Shown here piece after piece: positions 39,248-48,730 of a stretch of 64,000 nucleotides of DNA. How positions within the stretch are numbered: position 1 is the first letter of the stretch; every line of letters starts with the position of its first letter. Source of the stretch: Candidatus Poribacteria bacterium. Lineage in GTDB: Bacteria; Poribacteria; WGA-4E; PCPOR2b. The notes under the pieces are model-generated. The model saw only the letters and a list, made by a program, of their open reading frames with translations. It was not told where the DNA came from and did not search any database. The DNA lies in NCBI GenBank assembly GCA_965198175.1, contig OZ240245.1, positions 4,800,001 to 4,864,000 of the forward strand, in the 5' to 3' direction. Made by a program: the position numbers and the translations under genes.

Positions 39248-40270
39248 ATGACACTACCCCACAAACTTATCTACATCGGCTTAGGTGGACTACTGATACT
39301 AAATCTTGGTTGCGGTGGCAGTGGCGGTTGCAGTGGCAGTGAAGCAGATCGAGATCGCTTAAATGGGCGTTTTGTATTCTATCCTACTGATAAACACAGT
39401 GATATTATCATCATGAACGCGGATGGCACAAACCGAGCGAATCCGACTTCTGTTGCCCATCGCGGCTTCGCCGGCGACCGACTCAGTTCCGCGCCCGCAC
39501 TGTCGCCCGATGGTTTTCAAATCGCTTTCATATCTGAGTACAAAAAGCCTTACCAACCGAAGACGTTATACACAAATATTCTTGTAATGGATTGCGATGG
39601 CTCAAACTTAACAGCAGTTACAGATTTCACTTCCTCTGAATGGTTTTTTGTAGGAGGTTTGATGTGGTCGCCCGATTCAAGGTTTATCGCCTTTCGTGCG
39701 TCTTCTCCAGGTCCTTCCAATCCTTTCGCTAATCTTTTTGGTGATGTTTTGTCAGATATTTATGTAGTTCGTATAGGACAAGCGCCGCCTAGCAGTCTCG
39801 CATTCCTAAAACAGTTACACGGCGAGTACCGTTATGATGCCGCATTGTCGCCGGATTGGACACAAATCGCTTTTACGAGATATAACGCGATTTTTACAAT
39901 AAGCACTGATGGCGGAGAAGGCGTGCGTTTAACGTCTGGAAACGATTTTCAGCCCGAGTGGTCGCCGGATGGCATTAAAATCGCTTTTACAAGAATAAAT
40001 GCCATCGGCAGCAGCGATATCTTCGTAATGAACGCTGACGGCAGTGATACCGTAAATTTGACCGCTACCCTGATAGACGGGGAGGTATATCCCCAATGGT
40101 CTCCGGACGGGCGACACATAGCGTATCACATGTGCGATGGACAGGTTGATAATGGTCTATTCTTAGGCGTAGACGTTCTAGGGACTTGGGTGATGGACGC
40201 CGACGGCAGTAATAAGACCAAGTTACCTTATGTGGAAAACTCCTGGTATCTATCCGATTGGGGTAATTAA
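39248..40270 (+). CDS. TolB-like beta-propeller (PD40 repeat) lipoprotein
   Basis: LNLGC lipobox, repeated WSPDG..IAF and MNADG motifs. Confidence 0.85.
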   Translation: MTLPHKLIYIGLGGLLILNLGCGGSGGCSGSEADRDRLNGRFVFYPTDKHSDIIIMNADGTNRANPTSVAHRGFAGDRLSSAPALSPDGFQIAFISEYKKPYQPKTLYTNILVMDCDGSNLTAVTDFTSSEWFFVGGLMWSPDSRFIAFRASSPGPSNPFANLFGDVLSDIYVVRIGQAPPSSLAFLKQLHGEYRYDAALSPDWTQIAFTRYNAIFTISTDGGEGVRLTSGNDFQPEWSPDGIKIAFTRINAIGSSDIFVMNADGSDTVNLTATLIDGEVYPQWSPDGRHIAYHMCDGQVDNGLFLGVDVLGTWVMDADGSNKTKLPYVENSWYLSDWGN

Positions 40271-40524
40271 AGTTCGGAATAGAAGAATGGCTAAGATTAA
40301 AGAGATTTGCCAACAGATTGTATTTGCAATCGTGCTTTTGCTCATGGTAGGAATGATTTGTGTTTGTTTTTACAGTGAATAGCGCGACCGATGCGTTATG
40401 ACGGGTGTGGGGGAATCTTGCCAAATGGTTGCACAACTAACACAGCTCCCGCGCCCGTCGCCCTATGGCGATAACCGGGCTAAACCCGGTTGCCGCCGAA
40501 CAACCGAAAGGGAGGTGAAAAGCA

Positions 40525-40632
40525 ATGGCAAAAGGTGGCGGTCGTAGTAATAGCCGTAGTAACAGTAGTACACGTTATCCGGCAAATAAGCCGTCAAAAA
40601 CCGGGAACCGGTCGGGAGTGAATCGTAAGTAA
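40525..40632 (+). CDS. Small basic Gly/Ser/Asn-rich protein (35 aa)
   Basis: Strong RBS GGGAGGTG; MAKGGGRSNSRSNSSTRYPANKPSKTGNRSGVNRK. Confidence 0.5.
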   Translation: MAKGGGRSNSRSNSSTRYPANKPSKTGNRSGVNRK

Positions 40633-40660
40633 TAACACTTCCGGAAAGGGGAGCGGTATT

Positions 40661-40932
40661 AGTTTTTGTAGGTTGGGTAAAGCGGATATGATGAAAAATG
40701 TGAATTATGAGCATGAGTTTGTTTAGTTGATTGAGTTCAAGAATAGTTTCCGCGCAGCGAAACCCAACGCTTTTGAAACGTTCGGACGACCAAAAAACAT
40801 TGCCATTCGCTAGGTGTCTATGCTAAGGAGGGAGTAGTTGAATGTCAGAACGTTAATCGTCGTTGGTCCTGGATGTAATGACTATCACCCCCGCTATCCG
40901 CTCAGTTGATTTCAACCCAACCTACAAAAACT
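40661..40932. repeat. MITE/REPIN-like element with perfect 18-bp inverted repeats
   Basis: AGTTTTTGTAGGTTGGGT (40661-40678) and ACCCAACCTACAAAAACT (40915-40932). Confidence 0.65.
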
Positions 40933-41067
40933 TCCCAAAGCGATACAGCGCGATAGGCTTTTTCGCGAGCAACCAACTGACTGACCGCGGCGAAATTAAG
41001 GGAACGGTTAGATACTTTCATCCTCGCCCCGTCGGAATACTTGGCTGGGACATCGCTAGGGAATAAG

Positions 41068-41272
41068 TTACCCAGCGTTATTAAATTCTTGCCAATTTAT
41101 CCCTAAGCGGCGGACAATGCCACGAATAGTCCCTTTTTTCAAATCCTTAGATCCATGTCGCCGATTTTTTTGTGCGGGTGTCATGTCACTGTCGGTGAGA
41201 CCCGCGTGTTCTGGGAAATACTTCTTCACAGCCGAGCGACTTGAGTCTGCGCACTAAATCCTTATAAGTCAT
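41068..41272 (-). pseudogene. hicA: HicA toxin pseudogene
   Basis: MTYKDLVRRLKSLGC..RGSHRQ* then out-of-frame HGSKDLKKGTIRGIVRRLG; ATG overlaps the hicB stop codon (TAATG). Confidence 0.8.
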
Positions 41273-41631
41273 TAGACCTGTACGCCAATGTCCGATGTAG
41301 GCAATGTAGCTTTGAAACAGTAAGGCGTTATGCCACTGCCGCTTTGAGGTTTGGGGTTCATTGTTTCGAAGAACCCACGCATATCTGCTCGCATTTGCCG
41401 TTGCTCTGCTTCGCGGTTTGACCGAATAGAATCAGGTAACGCACGGCTTAAATTTTCATATAGTTTAAGCGTTGTCGCAAAGGCATCGACAGTGCTATCT
41501 AATGCCTCATCTACTGAATCTCCTTCGGTTATCAATTCCGGCAACTCCTCACATGTTACTGTATAACCGCCCTCTTGTTGTGGATTTAAAAGCACAGTAA
41601 TAGTATAATATGCGGTGGATTTGGCGTTCAC
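41272..41631 (-). CDS. hicB: HicB family antitoxin
   Basis: EGGYTVTCEELPELITEGDSVDEAL. Confidence 0.85.
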   Translation of the reverse strand: MNAKSTAYYTITVLLNPQQEGGYTVTCEELPELITEGDSVDEALDSTVDAFATTLKLYENLSRALPDSIRSNREAEQRQMRADMRGFFETMNPKPQSGSGITPYCFKATLPTSDIGVQV

Positions 41632-41883
41632 AATGAAATCTCCTTTAGCTGTGTGTTTTAGTGTCAGGTAGGAAGACTTACTTAGCGCACTGCCTTGTGC
41701 TTGCGATTACACCATTGGATTGGGACAATGTCAAGACTTCGGTTGCTTGATCGTTGCGTTTCGCTCACATTAAACTAGCACCATTGGTTATGAAGGATGA
41801 CATAAAGACAGTGGAAAGCAAAACCGCCGGAAGGCAAGGAGGTTGGAAGGCTAAGTAAGCCTCCCCTCAGGGTGAGGGCAACT

Positions 41884-43302
41884 TTATTTGGGTCGATAAA
41901 TGTGCGTGCTGTGTCCAAAGAAAACTTCGGCGGCTTCCATGACCGTTTCCGACAGGGTTGGGTGCGGATGAATTGTCCACTGGATATCGGATGCCGTCGC
42001 CGCCATTTCGATGGCGAGTACGCCTTCTGCAATTAACTCACCGGCGCCGGCACCAGCAATTCCCATGCCTAATACCCGCTCTGTCTCTGGATCGATGAGT
42101 AGCTTTGTAAGTCCATCATTGCGCCCTAGAGTGGTCGCCCTTCCAGAAGCACGCCAGGGAAATCGGACGACCTCTACAGAACGATTCTCGATTTTCGCCT
42201 GCGCCTCGGTCAGACCGCACCATGCAATCTCAGGATCTGTAAAGACAACAGCAGGTATCGCCCGGGGCTCGAAAGCAACTTTGTGACCGGCAATCGCTTC
42301 AGCCGCAATAAAGCCTTCATGGGACGCTTTGTGAGCAAGCATCGGTTCTCCGGCTACATCTCCAATGGCGTAGATTGTGGGCTCCTTCGTCCGCCTTTGC
42401 GCGTCTACGACGACAAATCCCTTCTCATCAATTTCAACCTTTGTGTTTTCCAGACCCAAACCACCGGTGTTCGGCTTCCGCCCTACGGAGATGAGAATCT
42501 TCTCGAACACCTGTTCTGATTCTATGATTTTCTCGCCTTCCAGTCGAACCCGGATACCGTTTGCGGTCTCTTCCATATGCGCAACTTTGGTATTGGGCAT
42601 GATGGACTTGAACAACTTCTCTAGTCGCTTGGAGATGACATTAACTAGGTCACGATCGACGCCCGTTAGCAGACCGGGCAACATTTCCACGACGGAGACA
42701 TCTGTTCCGAGTGCGGCGTAAACGCTTCCCAACTCAAGTCCGATATAGCCGCCACCGACTACTAGCATATTCTTGGGGATTTCATCTAGCTCCAATGCGC
42801 TCGTTGAGTCGAGAATGCGAGAACCCTGTAGCGACAGGTTAGGTACAGTCGCGGGTCGGGAACCGGTTGCTAAAATTGTATGGTCGAACGACAGTGTGCT
42901 GTCTTCACCTAGGTCGGTCTGAATTCTCAGAGTCTTAGCATCCAAGAAAGTAGCTCTACCTTGGATAAAATTGATATTACGATGCTTACAAAGTTCGCCC
43001 AGCCCCTCCGTCATTTTCTGGACCAAACTCTCTTTCCAGGTGCGCACCCGATTGAGGTGAATTTTTGGCTTCCCGAATTCAATTCCCCAATCAACCGCTT
43101 CACGTGCGTCTGTAAGCACCCGTGCAATATGTAACAGGGCTTTGGACGGAATGCAGCCTCGGTAAAGACAGACGCCGCCCGGATTGGGCTCCAAATCTAT
43201 AAGGGTTACCTGCATCCCCAAATCCGCAGCCATAAAGGCGGCAGCATATCCACCAGGACCGGCGCCAATTACAGCTACTTGCGTTGAATTATCGTTTCCC
43301 AA
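41884..43302 (-). CDS. lpdA: Dihydrolipoyl dehydrogenase
   Basis: GAGPGGY, GGVCLYRGCIPSK, HPHPTLSE. Confidence 0.96.
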   Translation of the reverse strand: MGNDNSTQVAVIGAGPGGYAAAFMAADLGMQVTLIDLEPNPGGVCLYRGCIPSKALLHIARVLTDAREAVDWGIEFGKPKIHLNRVRTWKESLVQKMTEGLGELCKHRNINFIQGRATFLDAKTLRIQTDLGEDSTLSFDHTILATGSRPATVPNLSLQGSRILDSTSALELDEIPKNMLVVGGGYIGLELGSVYAALGTDVSVVEMLPGLLTGVDRDLVNVISKRLEKLFKSIMPNTKVAHMEETANGIRVRLEGEKIIESEQVFEKILISVGRKPNTGGLGLENTKVEIDEKGFVVVDAQRRTKEPTIYAIGDVAGEPMLAHKASHEGFIAAEAIAGHKVAFEPRAIPAVVFTDPEIAWCGLTEAQAKIENRSVEVVRFPWRASGRATTLGRNDGLTKLLIDPETERVLGMGIAGAGAGELIAEGVLAIEMAATASDIQWTIHPHPTLSETVMEAAEVFFGHSTHIYRPK

Positions 43303-43431
43303 TTTCCTTCCTCTATTCTATATTGAGGAGCTATTCAATATGGTCCATCCGCTGAAGTTTTGATAATGATTTAGCAACTTCATTCACGGCGTAGTAGATA
43401 TCTATATCAATCTAACAACACGGGAATTTGA

Positions 43432-44757
43432 TCATTTCGAATCCAGCGCAATCAAGAAAGGTTCCTCAAGCATTTCGGCTATCGAGCGTAAAAATCGAGC
43501 TGCGTCCGCACCGTCAATTAAGCGGTGGTCGTACGAAAGTATAAGCGGTAACAGCAAGCGGGGTTGAAACGCATCGCTAATCAGAACAGGCTCAATTCGA
43601 CCGCGGGCGACCCCGAGAATCGCAACCTCGGGGTGGTTCACAATCGGAGAAAAGTGAGTGCCGCCAATACCTCCAAGGTTCGTTATAGTGAACGATCCGC
43701 CCTGCATATCCTCAGGATTTAGTTTCTTGTTGCGCGCCTTTTCGGCAATCTGGTTTAATTCGACAGATAGTTCGATGATGTTCCTCCGATCCACATCCCG
43801 AATGACCGGCACCAGAAGTCCACGATCTGTATCAACCGCTACCCCAATGTGAAAATATTTCTTATAGATAACCTCGTGCTTCATCATATCGACGCCTGCA
43901 TTAAATTGCGGGAATTGCTTTAATGCGCAAGTGACAACCTTGAGCAGAATAGCGGTAATCGTCAGTTTTCCACCTGCCGCTTCTGCCCTCACTTGGAATT
44001 GCTTGCGGAGTTTTTCCAACTCAGTAATGTCGGCCTTATCGGATTGGGTCACGTGGGGAATAGTGGACCACGCGGCAGCCATGTGCTTCGCGGTCGCACG
44101 GCGCACATTGCTCATCGGCTCTCGTTCCACCGCACCCCATTTCGAGAAATCCGGGAGCGACTGCGCAAGAATTTGGCTCATAGAACCCGATGGAGTCGCT
44201 TCTTGTGCTGTTGACTCAGCATTAATCTGATATGCATGATTCTTGATGTCCCCAACTGAGATCCGTCCACTAGGTCCTGAACCTGAAACTTGATTGATAT
44301 CAATTCCAATTTCGCGCGCAAACCGACGAACGGAGGGCGATGCTGGCGCAATATCACGGGGAACAACCTCTATAGGCAGCAAATCGGGGCCACGGGGTTC
44401 GGGTTCCAATTCGGCTACCGGCGCTGTTTCTAGAGATGAATCCTCAGGCGTAACTGATTCCTCCCCGTTAGCTTCGCCAGACACGGCAGGCTCTTCGACC
44501 TCAGCTACTTTACCTTCACTCTCTGTCTCCACAGTCAGAATGGGGTGTCCAACTTGAGCCTTGCCGCCTTCTTCTACATGAATCGCTTTGACGATGCCAC
44601 TGACGGAGCAAGGCACCTCAATGGCGGCCTTGTCTGTTTCGATTTCCAGTACGGGCTGCTCTTCATTGATGGCATCGCCCACAGACACCAAGATGCTCAA
44701 AACATCACCAACTTCTATATTTTCACCAAGTTCGGGAAGTAAAAATTGTTGTTCCAT
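43432..44757 (-). CDS. aceF: Pyruvate dehydrogenase E2, dihydrolipoamide acetyltransferase (one lipoyl domain)
   Basis: ETDKA lipoyl site, ASPSVRRFARE, DHRLIDGA; downstream of aceE. Confidence 0.9.
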   Translation of the reverse strand: MEQQFLLPELGENIEVGDVLSILVSVGDAINEEQPVLEIETDKAAIEVPCSVSGIVKAIHVEEGGKAQVGHPILTVETESEGKVAEVEEPAVSGEANGEESVTPEDSSLETAPVAELEPEPRGPDLLPIEVVPRDIAPASPSVRRFAREIGIDINQVSGSGPSGRISVGDIKNHAYQINAESTAQEATPSGSMSQILAQSLPDFSKWGAVEREPMSNVRRATAKHMAAAWSTIPHVTQSDKADITELEKLRKQFQVRAEAAGGKLTITAILLKVVTCALKQFPQFNAGVDMMKHEVIYKKYFHIGVAVDTDRGLLVPVIRDVDRRNIIELSVELNQIAEKARNKKLNPEDMQGGSFTITNLGGIGGTHFSPIVNHPEVAILGVARGRIEPVLISDAFQPRLLLPLILSYDHRLIDGADAARFLRSIAEMLEEPFLIALDSK

Positions 44758-44789
44758 TTCTTTCCACCAAGCTGTGACAGGTTATTGTC

Positions 44790-44875
44790 CAGTAGCTAGT
44801 GGAGAGTGGCTAGTTAAGGATTTTGCTCATCACTCTCCACTCATCACTGCTTTTGCACTCATCACTAGTCACTAT
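44790..44875. repeat. Short heptamer tandem repeats (CTCATCA-like) with inverted partner
   Basis: CTCATCA-CTCTCCA-CTCATCA..CACTCATCACTAGTCACTA versus TAGTGGAGAGTGGCTAGT. Confidence 0.4.
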
Positions 44876-47556
44876 TAGACATCCATAGGATTGGGTTTAT
44901 CCGGGTCTATCTCCAGGTCTTGCATCGCTGTTTGTACAAGATCAAATGAAATCTGTCCCTCTCGGGCGAGTGCACAAAGCGTTGCTAGTGTAATAAATCT
45001 GGCATCCACCTCAAAAAAATCACGAAGTGCAACTCGGTCATCACTTCTGCCGAATCCATCTGTACCCAAAGTGACAAGCGGTCTAGGAATCCATTGAGAA
45101 ATCGAATCAGGAAGTGCTTTGACATAATCTGAAGCCGCTACAAAAACACCCGGTGCATCTTCGAAGCATGCAGTTACATAGGGAACTTTGGATGGCTCGG
45201 ACGGATGCAACATATTCCAGCGTTCCACGGCGTCTCCATCACGATACAATTGCTTATAACTAGTAACACTCCACACATCAGAAGCGACATTGTACTTATA
45301 TTCAAGAATCTGCCCCGCCTTCAGAACTTCATTCAAGATAGAACCACTCCCCAAAAGTTGGGCATGCAGGTTCGTCTTTTTTATATCTGTCCCTTTGTAC
45401 TTGTACATCCCCTTGAGGATACCCTCTTTAACATCCTCATTGGGCATTGGCGGCATAACATACGGTTCATTTCCCACGGTCAGATAGTAGAAGATACTTT
45501 CTTGCTCTTCATACATCCGGCGGATGCCATCCTGGAGGATGATAGCCAGTTCGTAAGCAAACGCGGGGTCATACGTGCGGAGGTTGGGAACAGAATATGC
45601 CAGCAGATGGCTATGTCCGTCCTGATGCTGCAGCCCTTCGCCGGCGAGTGTAGTACGCCCTGAAGTTGCGCCGATAAGGAAACCCCGGCAACGCATGTCG
45701 CCAGCTGCCCAGATGAAATCGCCAATTCGCTGAAGCCCAAACATGGAATAGAAGATGAAGAAGGGGATGGTGTTGATGCCGTAGGTCGCATAAGCGGTGC
45801 CTGCCGCCATAAACGAAGACATAGAACCAGCTTCGGTAAGTCCCTCTTCTAGGATTTGCCCATCTTGGCTTTCCTTATAGTAGAGCAGAGTGTCGGCGTC
45901 AACAGGTTCATAAAGTTGGCCGACGGAAGAGTAAATGCCTACCTGACGGAACAAAGCTTCCATTCCGAAAGTACGAGCCTCATCAGGCACAATTGGCACA
46001 ATCAGCTTACCAATCTCCTTATCCCGCAGCATTTTCGTTAGCATCCGCACAAACGCCATAGTCGTGGAAACGTCTCTGCCATCGGAGCCTTTGTAAAACT
46101 CTGCAAACAGAGGCTCAGGGGGTGGTTTAAGGGGTGGTATGATTACAGTACGTTGAGGGACGTAGCCACCGAGTTTCCGCCTACGCTCGTGCAGGTATTG
46201 CATTTCTGGACTATTATCCGGTGGCGTGTAAAACGGTGCTTCAGCAACTTCATCATCTGAAATCGGGATATTAAAACGGCTCCGGAATTCACGTAGTTCT
46301 TCTTCGTTCAACTTTTTCTGTTGATGGGTGATGTTCTTACCCTCACCCGTTTCGCCGAGACCATATCCTTTTATCGTTTTTGCCAAGATGACGGAAGGCG
46401 AGCCCTTGTGATCGTAGGCGGATTTATATGCATTATACACCTTTTTTGGATCGTGCCCGCCCCGTCTCAATTTGTAGAGTTGTTCATCGGAGAGGTGTTT
46501 AACGATTTCCAGCAAGCGAGGAACCTCGCCAAAAAAGTGTTGACGGATATACCGTCCGGACTCGGTCCCAGAACCCGTCTTATACTTTTGATACTGCCCG
46601 TCTACAACCTCTTCCATCCGTTTCAACAATAACCCTTCGTGATCTTCGGCGAGCAGCGGGTCCCAGTCATCCCCCCAAATCACCTTAATCACATTCCATC
46701 CAGCTCCTCGTAGGATGGTTTCTAGTTCTTGTATAATTTTGCCATTTCCCCGCACAGGACCATCGAGCCGTTGTAAGTTGCAGTTAATCACGAAAATGAG
46801 GTTGTCTAATTTTTCTCGGGATGCCAGAGAGATTGACCCGAGGGATTCCGGTTCATCCATTTCTCCATCTCCAAGGAAAGCCCACACTTTTGCGTCGCTG
46901 GGTTCTTTTAAGCTTCGATTCTCAAGATAGCGCATAAACCGAGCTTGATAAATAGCCATAATTGGAGTAAGTCCCATGGAAACTGTGGGAAATTCCCAGA
47001 AGTTGGGCATCAACCAAGGATGAGGATACGATGAGAGACCGCCTCCAGGTTGTAGTTCTTTACGGAAGTTCTCTAAATTTTGCTTAGACAGACGGCCTTC
47101 CAAAAAAGCCCTTGCATAAACCCCGGGGGAAGCGTGTCCCTGAAAATAGATTACATCCCCTTCATGGTTTTCACTTCTAGCGCGGAAAAAGTGATTGAAG
47201 CCAACCTCATACAACGTCGCTGCGGAGGCATAGCTTGAAATATGTCCTCCGACGGAGCTGTCATCGCGGTTGGCTCGCACCACCATCGCCATCGCATTCC
47301 AACGGATGATGTTCTTGATACGCCGTTCAATTTCTCGATTACCCGGAAAAGGCACTTCCTGATCTGCCGGGATGGTGTTGATATAGGGTGTATTCGCCGT
47401 GAAGGGGAACCGAACACCCTGCTCAAACGCATGAATATTTAATGTGCGTAATAGACGCTGGGCACTCTCCGGCCCATGACGCTGCAAGACATAATCCAAG
47501 GAATCGAACCATTCTTGAAGTTCAGCGACTTCCATTTTCGATGTTTCCTTGTTCAT
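44875..47556 (-). CDS. aceE: Pyruvate dehydrogenase E1, homodimeric type
   Basis: GGHISSYAS, LSSYPHP, GDGEMDEPES, GEGLQHQDG; exact start uncertain (47595/47556/47535). Confidence 0.96.
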   Translation of the reverse strand: MNKETSKMEVAELQEWFDSLDYVLQRHGPESAQRLLRTLNIHAFEQGVRFPFTANTPYINTIPADQEVPFPGNREIERRIKNIIRWNAMAMVVRANRDDSSVGGHISSYASAATLYEVGFNHFFRARSENHEGDVIYFQGHASPGVYARAFLEGRLSKQNLENFRKELQPGGGLSSYPHPWLMPNFWEFPTVSMGLTPIMAIYQARFMRYLENRSLKEPSDAKVWAFLGDGEMDEPESLGSISLASREKLDNLIFVINCNLQRLDGPVRGNGKIIQELETILRGAGWNVIKVIWGDDWDPLLAEDHEGLLLKRMEEVVDGQYQKYKTGSGTESGRYIRQHFFGEVPRLLEIVKHLSDEQLYKLRRGGHDPKKVYNAYKSAYDHKGSPSVILAKTIKGYGLGETGEGKNITHQQKKLNEEELREFRSRFNIPISDDEVAEAPFYTPPDNSPEMQYLHERRRKLGGYVPQRTVIIPPLKPPPEPLFAEFYKGSDGRDVSTTMAFVRMLTKMLRDKEIGKLIVPIVPDEARTFGMEALFRQVGIYSSVGQLYEPVDADTLLYYKESQDGQILEEGLTEAGSMSSFMAAGTAYATYGINTIPFFIFYSMFGLQRIGDFIWAAGDMRCRGFLIGATSGRTTLAGEGLQHQDGHSHLLAYSVPNLRTYDPAFAYELAIILQDGIRRMYEEQESIFYYLTVGNEPYVMPPMPNEDVKEGILKGMYKYKGTDIKKTNLHAQLLGSGSILNEVLKAGQILEYKYNVASDVWSVTSYKQLYRDGDAVERWNMLHPSEPSKVPYVTACFEDAPGVFVAASDYVKALPDSISQWIPRPLVTLGTDGFGRSDDRVALRDFFEVDARFITLATLCALAREGQISFDLVQTAMQDLEIDPDKPNPMDV

Positions 47557-47721
47557 AGCTTCACAAATCTTTCTAAAATCCCCGTGCTCCAGCACACAGG
47601 CTATACCTTATCTGAGTAGGACAATGACGATTAAGTCCTTCGATTGGCACACAGATGGTGTTTCATAATCTGACCGGACTCGCGCACGTCTAAATCATCG
47701 CTGATTGCTAGTTTTTCCCAC

Positions 47722-47758
47722 AAATAAAAACAGCCCCAATCAGTAATCGGGGCTGTTT
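47722..47758 (-). terminator. Intrinsic terminator after OFOR beta subunit
   Basis: AAACAGCCCC/GGGGCTGTTT stem with minus-strand T tract. Confidence 0.7.
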
Positions 47759-47819
47759 CGCAGAAAACAAGCCAAATTCTCGCACTCGCTCATAAATCTG
47801 ACTAGCTAGCGCATACAGA

Positions 47820-48719
47820 TTACATCATCTTTTTGATGATGGCTTCGCCCTGCTCCTTTGTAATACCGAGTTTCTGATGAGCGAGCGGACCCCCTTCATG
47901 AAGGACTGGCTCTAGTTCTTCAAGAGAAGAACGGCTGGTGTCGTGATAAATCAGCCCGATGGGTATTTCTTCATCCCAGGTCATGGCTTCCGTGATAGCT
48001 GCTTGCATATCATTGGGATCGTGGTCCGTTTCTTCGAGTTTCCTCACGCGTTGCTTGAAATAAGCGAATGTGTTGTCTTTGTTGAAGGTAATACAAGGGC
48101 TAAAAACATCCACAAAAGCGAACCCTTCATGTTCCATGCCCCTGTACATCAGTTCGGTGAGATGCTTCGGGTCACCGCTAAATCCTCTGGCAACGTAGGT
48201 TGCGCCTGAGACAATCGCTAAGGCAAGCGGATTGATGGGTTGTTCGACACTGCCAAAGGGCGTACTTTTTGTCTTCATTCCCATTCGACTCGTGGGTGAA
48301 GCTTGACCGATTGTCAATCCGTAAATCTGGTTATCCATCACGATGTACAGGAGATCGATATTGCGGCGCATGGTATGCATGAAATGGTTGCCACCAATAC
48401 CAAATCCATCGCCGTCGCCTCCAGTCACGATAACTTTGAGATTGTGGTTGGCGAGTTTGACACCGGTCGCCACAGCAAGCGACCGGCCGTGAAGGGTGTG
48501 CATTCCATAAGTATTAATAAATCCGGGCAAATTGGACGAACATCCGATTCCACTTATCGTCACAAACTCGTGCGGTTCCCGCCCGGTCTTCGCGCACGCT
48601 ATCTCAAGCGCCCTCAATACCCCAAAATCACCGCAACCTAGACACCAATCTGGGGAAACACTTCCTTTAAAATCCTTCGCTGTTGGAGCGGCTTTAATGG
48701 GTTTCTCATCCTTTGCCAT
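47820..48719 (-). CDS. 2-oxoacid:ferredoxin oxidoreductase subunit beta
   Basis: WCLGCGD, SGIGCSS, HTLHGR, GGDGDG, FSPCITFN. Confidence 0.93.
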   Translation of the reverse strand: MAKDEKPIKAAPTAKDFKGSVSPDWCLGCGDFGVLRALEIACAKTGREPHEFVTISGIGCSSNLPGFINTYGMHTLHGRSLAVATGVKLANHNLKVIVTGGDGDGFGIGGNHFMHTMRRNIDLLYIVMDNQIYGLTIGQASPTSRMGMKTKSTPFGSVEQPINPLALAIVSGATYVARGFSGDPKHLTELMYRGMEHEGFAFVDVFSPCITFNKDNTFAYFKQRVRKLEETDHDPNDMQAAITEAMTWDEEIPIGLIYHDTSRSSLEELEPVLHEGGPLAHQKLGITKEQGEAIIKKMM

Positions 48720-48730
48720 GTGATTCCTCC

